The notes below the pieces were generated by a model, which was not told where the DNA came from, made no database searches, and saw only the letters and a list, made by a program, of their open reading frames with translations. Below, piece by piece: positions 55,201-64,000 of a DNA stretch of 64,000 nt. The stretch lies in the NCBI GenBank assembly GCA_051362555.1, contig CM120647.1, positions 7,874,001-7,938,000 of the forward strand, in the 5' to 3' direction. The DNA comes from Lingula anatina. Lineage: Eukaryota; Animalia; Brachiopoda. Both the position numbers and the translations under genes were made by a program. Position 1 is the stretch's first letter. Each line of letters starts with the position of its first letter.

Positions 55201-58200
55201 CCTGGGGCCACGTCAACAATCAATTAGATCCCATGTTGTGGATAAATAACACAGGAAAGGTTAGATCAATGTTAAATCAATACCAAGAGCTGCTTATACA
55301 GTATTTGGACCCTTTTTCTGGTCATAGGGAGCCCCCAGCATGGATAGCTATGAAGGTGAGAGAGGAGGTCAATATGAAATCAATATAGAAAGTTGTCCCA
55401 TTGAGAGCTCTGTGAATATATGTGTATTAATTGAAGTGGCTGTGAGTTCCATTGATCTGTTATAGTGAGAGAGAAAACCGGTGCAGCTGATAAAAGGCAA
55501 TATATAAATATATATATGGATTCATTCACAAATTCTGAGTACCCGAAGTTGAATGGCAGCTTCTTCATTGGCAAATTTCCATATTTCTTCTTTTATGGAA
55601 TATGATGTTAGCGTCTTACTGATGTGGAGATTTGAAAATGAAAAAGCTAGATCTGAGAATCAGAGAATCAGATCGGCAATTGAGCAAGACCAAACCAACA
55701 CAGTTTTTATCTATCCATATCCCCTTCTCTTCTGTATGATTAATTTACCTGAAATAAACTTTGTCTGCTTTATTTTTCAAATTGCCTTTATAAATTAAAC
55801 AATGAAGGAAATACAGTTTTGATCTTGTGCACCCCTACCCCCACATGGCATAAGTATGCATTATAATACATCTTTATTATAAGCATGACTCAGGTTTTCC
55901 TAGACCCTATAGACCCGACTGATCGGGGACTCTCACTAAGTGAAATCAGCTTAACTGAATGACACGACTGCTCTCTTTTCCAATGTACTCGTATAATCAC
56001 CATGCAGTGTCAAGAAGAGGCATGTAAATCTCTTAATCAGACTGCATTCAGCAAGAGCACCCATGGAGTTGGATCATTCTAAGTAGACTGATAGATTCAA
56101 TGGGAATGAGTCCTACAGGAAATCAACTTGCTGCTTAAACACTCTGGTTTTCACAGTTTATTTGAAACACCAGGGCCCCGTTACTCGAAGACATCACACA
56201 TTGTGAATAGCGACAGTAGATTATATGGGTCAAGTATGGACGAGTTATGGATTCGAGACGCTTGAGCTTGGTCGCAATACACGATACTTTAGAGTTGGAG
56301 ATGCTCTGATAATTAAGAGAGTTTCCAGTTATACCTAGAACTCAAGGTATTTTGCACTCCAAATGTGGGCCCAATTATTTATTTATTTATGTAATTGTCA
56401 TGTGGTTTTGCCTTATTGATAACTTGTTATCCAACTTTTGGTTTGTAATTTTTCTCGATTATGAAATTTTCTCAGATGAAAAGATTTTCTCAGGTAATCA
56501 GATGAATTATGGTTAATTTTTCTGCCCTTTTGTGTTGCGTCAGGAGAGAGATCTGATTTCTCACACCACATAGAGAAGTATAAAGCTAACATTAAAAGAC
56601 CTAAACTAGGAGGATGGGTTTATTATCTTTCATCCTTCTTAAGTATATTATCTGACGTCTGCTCAAAAGACAAACAAGAAACCAATGGATGCTATCTTTT
56701 TTTCTGATCAAAACATCCTGAAATCCTTCACTCAATTCTGAGAAAATGAGGAAATGTAAATTGAATATTTTGTTGGTGTTATTTTATCTTTAAGTTCATA
56801 GGGTCTTGTTTTTCACACAAAGTGCTCCCCTTAAATGAATTTTGATCAAGTTTTTGATACATTTTTTCCTCCCTTTCACAAACCCTAATGCACCAATCAA
56901 AATCCACTTTACTGGCAGTAGCTTTGATGCGAAGTGCGATTAGGTGACTCTCTTACGTAATCAATCTCTCAAACTAGAGCAGTACAGAAGACCACCAACT
57001 GTTGTTTGTGAAAAGGCCTTAATTATATGCAACCCTGGCAACTACCCAAGATGATCTACAATGTACCTCGATATCTTCATCAAACTTGTATAATTCTCTT
57101 CTTTCCACCCCTGGGGACTCTTTTCTAAATGTTTCCACCCTGACTGCGGAAAATCAATTTGATACGTGTATTGCAGCAGGTGTCTTTGTAATTCCCAGTC
57201 ATCGTTATATCGTCATGGTATGGATCTCTGAATTCCTTGCTGCTATTGTTGTACTATGGATCACATGAATTAGGGGTAGTCAGCCAGGTGAAATTGTCAT
57301 TCTCTCTCTCTCTCTCTTTCTCTTTTCTATCCATCTAATAATTTGGTAAAATTATTCTACTATTTGGTCACTCTCGCTCTCTCTCTCCCATCTATCCATC
57401 TGATAATTTGAAAAAATATTCTACTATTTGCCCAGACTAGCTATTTAGTGCAAAAATATAGACCAATTACATTATTTTGAATTCACAACTTATGTCAGTA
57501 GGTGGAAAATGCTATTGCACCTAGCTTTTTTCTTTCATTGATACACAAATTGTTCTGAAAAAACTCTCAGTACCACCTCCTTTCAAGTGGCTCCCCCTTT
57601 TTGGTGGCAACCAGGGCACAGCGCCCTACTGGCCGCACCCTAGATATACCACGGCAAAGGACAGCCTTCCTCAGCTTGGCTCTGTTCTGAATTATGAAGG
57701 CCAACCCAATAGAGTTGACATATTGCATGCAATAGCTACTCCCGTTATGTATCGAGTGGAAATACGTAATCACAAAATATCATTATCAGCGGCTCTGTCT
57801 GTACAGATGGTGAATGGTAATATGATTGCGCAGGTTTTATGGCTTTCTCACAGGCTACAAGAGAACATGGTAGACATAATGTGAACATATATCTGGGGAA
57901 TGTGAAAAGAATGGCTGTTCTGTAACTAGCAGTTGTTTCCATGTTTAGGCCAAGACAATTACTGGTATGGTAATTGCTCACAAGTTTAGAACTCCTTCAG
58001 TCTACTTACAGTTGTCAGGCCTGTAGCCAGGAGGGGTTTTAGGAGTTCGAAATGCCCCCCCCCCCTTTTTTTTTGCTAGGAAAAGGTCCCCTGTAGGTAA
58101 AATTTTATCTAGGTGTTCAAATAAATTTTCGTCAAAAAAAAAAAAACAAAAAACAAAACAAAAAACAAAACAAAAAAAAAAAAAAAAAAAAAAAAGGCCT

Positions 58201-58431
58201 TTGATATCATGCCAGAGCCCACAATATGTAGAATTTAACTGTCCCTAAAGATAATATTTATAGTGGTTTCTTCTCAAATTTATCTCACTCTGTTTCATAA
58301 ACTTTGCCAGGAGGGTTTTGTCTTCATATTTTTGGGGGCAGATTGCTTATTGTCCCAAAATCCCCTTTGCTTAAAAAAGTGACTCTCAAATGAATCGCAT
58401 AATGCATTTTCATATTGGTTCATTGAAACTC

Positions 58432-58474
<43 letters not shown>

Positions 58475-61400
58475 GTCACAGATATTTGGATTTCTTGATA
58501 TGTGATAATACATTTGAGTTCATATTTATTTTCACATAAAAGCATGCTTTACCTTGATATTCTTTTTGCATGTGGAAATTTAACACGTTTAGAAACTGCC
58601 TACTTTTGTCCCCCATGCCAGTAATAATGTCTAAAGAGACCATTTGATGTGAAACTTTTTCATCTCATCCTCAGGTTGTGTGGGCGTGCCAGCTGTGTAA
58701 AAAGAAGCAGGAAATACTCGCCAAGACAGGCCAGTGGTATCATGGCGGTCAAGCACGCCCAGTGGCCCTGGACATCGAGGTCGGCTCAGGAAGCGAAACG
58801 GCTTCCACAAAGACTGATATTAGTCCTACATCGGACAGGAGAGCACGAGTCTCAGGAGGACCTAGGGGTCAGGGTCAAGGTCAGTCAGATAGCAGTGGAC
58901 AGGGATCTGAAAAGGAGAACATTGTTCGTAGACCAGATGATCCCAGAATGCAAATGTCTAGATCTGGGAGTCTCCGTGGTAGTAGAGAACTCAAACGCCA
59001 GTATTCAATGTCAGAGGTAGGAAAAATCCAAGATGGCGGTAAAGAACAAGGACATTATGATAGGTCACCCGGTGGTCATGACGATAGGATGAGTGAGAGA
59101 GGGCGGGCCAGAGGGCGGCCTTTAGAGCAGCTGCCACCTGATCAGGCCCGTACTCGTAGCCTGCCACCTGACGACAGGCACCTTGAAGGCATGCATATAC
59201 ACGGCAGACGGCGGGGAGCCAACGGGCAGGACCCAATGCATGACGGACACGGCACACTGCATCCACCAGGGTCAAGGTCACGAGACCCTTCTGTTGAGAG
59301 GCGTTCTTCAGACGGAAGACGGCCATCTCCAGCTGAGCTGGATCGTATGCGACCTGATCATGATTCCCACCTCAGACCTGACCAAGACCCCAGGATGGAT
59401 AGGGGGCGCATGCATCCTGACGGAGACCCACGCCAAAAAGATCTCCCCCCACCGGGACGGTCTCGGTCGCCACGTGGTCGAAGAGGGGAGCTATCCCCGC
59501 GAGATGTGATTCCTCCTAGTGATCAAGAATTGCGCCGTCGATCTCCTTCTCCAGCGAGAGTTCGTGAACAGGAAATGAGAGAGGCCCATATGCAACAGCA
59601 GCAGCAACAGCAGCGTGATCTGAATGCAGATCATTTTCATGGTGATAGGCGACGCGAGTCTCCTCCTGATCGCTATGCAGATAAAGAAATGGTGCAGAAG
59701 AGGCATCGGTAAGAATTTTAAAATACTTTTTCTCTGCAAGCCCAAATTGTAAACAAATTTCATATCGTTTTCCATTCAAACTTTAATTCCGCCCCTTTTA
59801 GCGCACTTGTTGTTGCAGCCTTTATAACATACGGTAACTAGATAAGCACTCTGAGAGTGCAGACCTCTGCCAAGGCAGCCATTTTTGATTATTACTGATT
59901 ATTGATTGTTTATTGATCCAGATCACCACCAAAAACTAATCATCTCTTCCTTTGCCCACTTCTAAAAGTCCCTGAAAATTTCATCGAAATCGGTCGATAA
60001 CTATTTGAGTTATGTTGATGACAAACAAACAGACAAACAGGGGTGAAAACATAACCTCCTTGTCATAGGTAATTAAAGGAAATGGAATTTTTCTTGATAC
60101 ATTTAAGCCACTTATATTTTAATCTGTTTTTATCTTCACCTATTTCCTTGTATTACTTAAACCTTCTAGTTTGTATGATTTTGAAAAATCATTTTCTTAG
60201 TTATATAATTTATAAGTATTATTAATATTGTGAAAAAAATTCTGAAGCATCATGTATTTTATTTTTCCTCTCATTCACTGTAAGAAAATGCATATTCTTT
60301 GCTGGAATAGGCCCTTTTAATGTCAGAAAGATTTTGAAATAAATAATTGATAATAATACAAAAACTCACAAAAACAAGTCATTCACAACAAATTGATTTT
60401 ATCCTGAAACTAGACTCTGGATAGGGGCAAGCATATTACCGACCTCACACTGTTATTTGTGCTGTAGGCTGCTTGTAGATGATTAAAAAGTTTGAAAGTA
60501 TCTAAGCGATAGGGGTTGATGTTTGTCATCAGATCTGTTTCATAGTGAGGGGGCATATTGAAACATGTAGATGTTTGTTTATATCTACTATTCATGCTGA
60601 TTGCAAAACAATTTTTTCTGCTATTTGGAAAACATGCATAGATTCTTTATCTTCAACCTTATTGACATGATAAACCTCTGTTTTCCTGGGGTTAAACAGA
60701 CAGCACAACCTTTTCTAGGTGAAAGTTTCATGTTTGAGATGACTAATGAGTTGGAAGCTAGGCGGGTGTGTGGGTGTTTTTGTCTTTAATATCAGATGAC
60801 ATGAAAGATATGAGTGACTATTGAAATAGCAACCAAGAGGATATGAATTTATTTGTTTTTGGACATTTTCAGTAATTCAAAATTATAATTTGTAATATAT
60901 GATATTATAATTTACTAATAATTCATATTTTTTCCTGCAGGAGAGAAGGTGTGGTCCATCCACCAGATGGCACTAAAGACATGAGAGACTACCAAGATGG
61001 CGGCCGTGAGACTATAGCTATGGACAGAAAAAGGGACATGGGAGAAGATCGCCGTAGAGACGGAACCATGGACAGGCACAGAGAAATACATGAACCTCAC
61101 GATCACGAGCAACTCATACGACAAGACTCTTCTACGAGTCGCAGATCAGATCACTCATCACGAAGTGTGCGAGAACGTGGAATGCCTGGCGATCAAATGC
61201 AGAAGCCTTTGGGGAGTGAGCGCGAGCGGGAATTAGCTCGAACAGCTCAGCAACCTTTGCAGCCTGATGTTCACATAACTGCCAAGCCACCACAATCGCC
61301 CCGTCACGAGCGCATGGTGGTGGGAACTTCTCCTGTATCACCAAGAGAGGAAGTAATGGACTCCATGAGGGACAGACGTGGTGGTGCAAGTGGGCGGGAA

Positions 61401-61728
61401 GAAATCTCAGATTTAGATGCCAGATCAGGAGATTCCCGTCGCATGTCGCAAACTCACTTAGATCCTAGCTCCGCAGCAAATAGAAATTCCAAAAATAACA
61501 GGCGGAAAATGGAGACTATGTTACGAAACGATTCTCTGAGTTCAGATCCCTCAGACTGTGTGCGCCCACCACCGCCGAGACCACATAAACATAAAAAAGG
61601 GAAATCAAAGCAGCCTGTTCAGCAGCCTTCGTTCAGTAGTTCTGACGATGAGATTCGCTCCACACCGGAATATACCAGCTGTGATGATCAAGACTTGGAG
61701 AGCGAGAGCATCAGTGAGAAGGGAGTAG
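36402..61728 (+). CDS. RIMS2: Regulating synaptic membrane exocytosis protein (RIM/unc-10), 5' part; gene continues beyond the window
   Basis: Exons 36402-36529 ([38 protein letters not shown], Rab3-binding helix), 48026-48251 or -48266 ([31 protein letters not shown], zinc finger), 58675-59708 ([24 protein letters not shown]), 60941-61728 ([27 protein letters not shown]; [16 protein letters not shown]; ESESISEKG). Phases consistent. Probably a single invertebrate RIMS1/2 co-orthologue. Confidence 0.93.
38990..39775. repeat. ~84-92-bp degenerate tandem repeat
   Basis: GAGACCCCCAAAGTGAGCCTCAGTATTTTGAAACCAGACCCC core repeated about 8-9 times. Confidence 0.9.
44147..44375. mobile_element. Fold-back MITE related to family A
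   Basis: Long internal inverted repeat (CACCTACTGAAGCTGCTA ... TAGCAGCTTCAGTAGGTG, extending to TCTCAC/GTGAGA). Related diverged copies at ~52372-52595 and ~55893-56113. Confidence 0.65.
44871..45027. mobile_element. 157-bp MITE with 5-bp TSD (ATTTG)
   Basis: ATTTG|CAGGCTCGTAGCCAG ... CTGGCTACGGGCCTG|ATTTG. Single related ends at ~42037 and ~58017. Confidence 0.8.
46657..46822. mobile_element. MITE-like element with long imperfect TIRs
   Basis: GGCTGAATTCA..GACTTACT..ATCAAATATGGC versus GCCATATTTGAT..AGTAAGTC..TGAATGCAGCC. Related fragments near 3080-3270, 41230 and 52840. Confidence 0.55.
47185..47590. repeat. ~95-110-bp degenerate tandem repeat, 4 copies
   Basis: ATTTGTCAACTGATCCTTAA...GAGTACCTGGAA core recurs. 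Confidence 0.8.
48735..52775 (+). mobile_element. HINE-like element (~4 kb) with two arrays of a ~161-bp repeat
   Basis: 5' palindrome ATGTACAGACAC-AGAT-GTGTCTGTACAT, then (GTCGCC)n microsatellite; arrays at ~48830-49780 and ~50170-50830; 3' subterminal TGTCTGTACAT at 52743 followed by hairpin CAGC-TTT-GCTG and a T-rich end. Confidence 0.7.
54690..55040. repeat. ~60-bp degenerate tandem repeat
   Basis: GTGAATGGGGCATATTTTGGTACAC..AGTGAAAGGCTCACTTTTTGGCAC recurs. Confidence 0.75.
59836..60073 (-). mobile_element. Short HINE/DINE-like element
   Basis: - strand starts ATTACCT...AAGGAGGTTATGTTTTC, has a GTTT/GTCT microsatellite, subterminal CCTTGGCAGAGGT, hairpin GCACTC-TCA-GAGTGC and ends CTAGTT. 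Confidence 0.65.
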
Positions 61729-61739
61729 GTAAGTTAAAT

Positions 61740-62000
61740 GTGATTGTGTTGGTTGAAATTAAAGGATATGATCGAGTAAGGTTAGATGAAATAAGTTATA
61801 ATGTTAGATTGTGATTATTTAAGGTATGGTTGTGTTAGGTGCGATAATATAGGGTTTTTTTTTGTGTAAGGTATGATAATTTAAGGTGTGGTTGTGTTTG
61901 GTATGATAATGTAAGGGGTGGTTGTGTGAGGTATGATAAAGTTGCGATTGTGGTACATATGTGTGGAAGTATAAGTTGTGTCAGTTGAGATTATATTAAT
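61740..62000. repeat. Degenerate ~30-bp GT-rich minisatellite
   Basis: AAGGTGTGGTTGTGT..GGTATGATAAT recurs after the RIM exon 4 donor. Confidence 0.65.
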
Positions 62001-64000
62001 GCGATTGTGTTTGCTGTGTTTGTGGTACATGTGATTGGTTAAAGTATTGTATGTTTGGCAGAAGTGACAAAATTTATTTCAAAATATAGGTGCAATTAAG
62101 TACAAAGCAACAGGTAGCATCAGATAATGATGCTATGCTCTTTAAGCACTTGGAGCCTGTTTGTCAAAAAACTTCAGCTCCCAAAATGTCTGGACATAAT
62201 TATATTCCTATATTCTACCACTTAATTTCCATCAAAATAGTCTAAAATACTAGTCAAAAATTTAAAACACTCTTTGATCTTTTCAGTGGGGAAAATTGTG
62301 AATTTTACAGATTCTGTTTTTTTTTCTTTTTGTCACAACTTCTCAAAATTAGAATATTCCTATTGAGTGACAGCAACAAAGTTAATAATAATAATAATAA
62401 TAATAAAAAATAATAATATGTATTTAATAATAATATGTATTTATTTGCAACTTAAAAAGTTGGATTTTACAGGCTTTTCTTTAGTTCTATTCTATGCAGT
62501 CAAAGCACCACAACAGAATTTTTTTTTATTTTGGTTATAAAATTATGTAATACTATCTGCAAGTTTAAAGCAATAATAACTCTTCGTTTCGGCCAAAAAA
62601 TGAATTTTCCTGGAGTAAACAACAATTTTCCCATACTTACCAATGGTTAATGAATCCATTTTTACATTCAAAGTTAGTCCCTGGTTTTTTTCTAAAAAGT
62701 TTGGTTTTTTGTTAAAATCTCTTAAGAGATTTTAACAGAGTATAGACATCAATGGAGGTCACGTGGTCTAAAGACAAGTTCAAATATCAGAATAAAAGCT
62801 ATAACTGCTGTTTTTGTGGTAAAACAGAATATATTATATTTCTATGAGTTATTCACAATGTTTTTATTGTGAAATATAGATCTCATACGAAGAGTTATTA
62901 TCCCTTTAATGATTTTTGCCCATTGAAAAGGTCGAGTAATCAACACACATATATTAGTCCAATAAAAATGAACTGCTATAATAATTTCAGTCTCTAAGTC
63001 TATGGCCAGCAAACAGGAAAAAAATGAAAGATATAGTGCAAAGCATTTTTTTAATTTGCCCAATTCAAACCAATGCTTTTAAATTACTTTATTTAAACAG
63101 ACCACTATAAATTTATCTTTAACTTGAGTTAAGCTTTAGTGACCAAAAGTTTAATCCAAAATAGGCTAAATTGCCTTAATTTAAGTGGACTTCTATAAAC
63201 TTTATCATCTTTAAACTAAGTACACCAAAATTTTGGTCTCAAAGTTTCAGGTAAAAGAGCCATTGTGAAATTGTCTGTTAGACATCATACGAGGTGAACT
63301 GACTAACTAATGGCTTTTATACAGTAATAACAGTAGCGTGGGCGCAAAGCAGCTGTGACAACAACGAAGTCATCAAGGGTGGTGGTTGTTTATATGTTGC
63401 CATGAACTTGGATTAGGTAATGTCAGCCATAATAATATAGACAGCTGTGAATGACTCCATTATGATAGAGGCTTAAAGTACTAGATATTTTTTGTGTCAA
63501 AGTGAAGATTTGTCAAGTTAATGGCTTATGTCAAGTAAAAATGAGGGGAAAATTAGGCATGATGAGCTATTCAGAATTCATTCACTCAGTTTTGGGTATT
63601 AAGATCATAGGTTATTATTTTATCAAATTCTTGACAGATATTTTTTACATCCAGAAAACAAAAAAAAAAAAAAAAAAAAAGGAAAAAAAATGAAATAAAA
63701 GATATCATGCAAAGCAACTTTTTTCCAAGGAAGGTCCAAATATTCAGCTAGGGACTTGGAAAGTTCTGTAAATTATTTAATAAGAAATCGTATAAAAGCT
63801 CAAATCCTAGTTCAGGGATGGATTGTAGAATAATTCTTGAGTAAGAGGATTTTTTTTATTAAGGAAAAGTAGATTTAGCTTAAAAATCCCAGAATGTTAA
63901 ACCACCTTACTCTTGCATGGGCACCTTCTGAAAGTTACTTATTTGCCTCCATTAGATGTTGGGATGGAGATAAATTTTTCACTTGGAGCTGGACCTAATT

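Noticed and set aside
58649-59779. Overlapping alternative-frame and antisense ORFs in RIM exon 3
   Set aside because: Expected shadows of a long GC-rich coding exon.

Overview
AT-rich, intron-rich animal genomic DNA; an invertebrate, plausibly a mollusc or other lophotrochozoan (inference only). Left to right: two tail-to-tail paralogous genes for small secreted EGF-like peptides (one truncated by the window edge) with a decayed Tc1/mariner between them; RPL30 (- strand, complete, 116 aa) head-to-head with WDR35/IFT121 (+ strand, complete, 32 constitutive-path exons, 12659-32910); and the 5' part of a RIM/unc-10 gene (+ strand, from 36402). Introns carry MITEs, Helentron-associated (HINE-like) elements with internal satellites, and minisatellites. 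Two systems stand out. (1) WDR35 has a tandem array of four paralogous versions of exon 4 (one WD40 blade; three clearly phase 1-1, the fourth with an uncertain donor), plus a downstream sequence complementary to several upstream sites: the layout of a docking-site/selector mutually exclusive exon cluster. (2) RPL30 intron 3 has a hairpin matching the yeast L30-binding kink-turn, lying between an alternative stop-introducing 5' splice site and an 18-nt stop-introducing micro-exon, suggesting autoregulatory AS-NMD. RPL30 introns also hold two H/ACA-like RNA candidates. All models were read by eye; no database search or RNA data were available.
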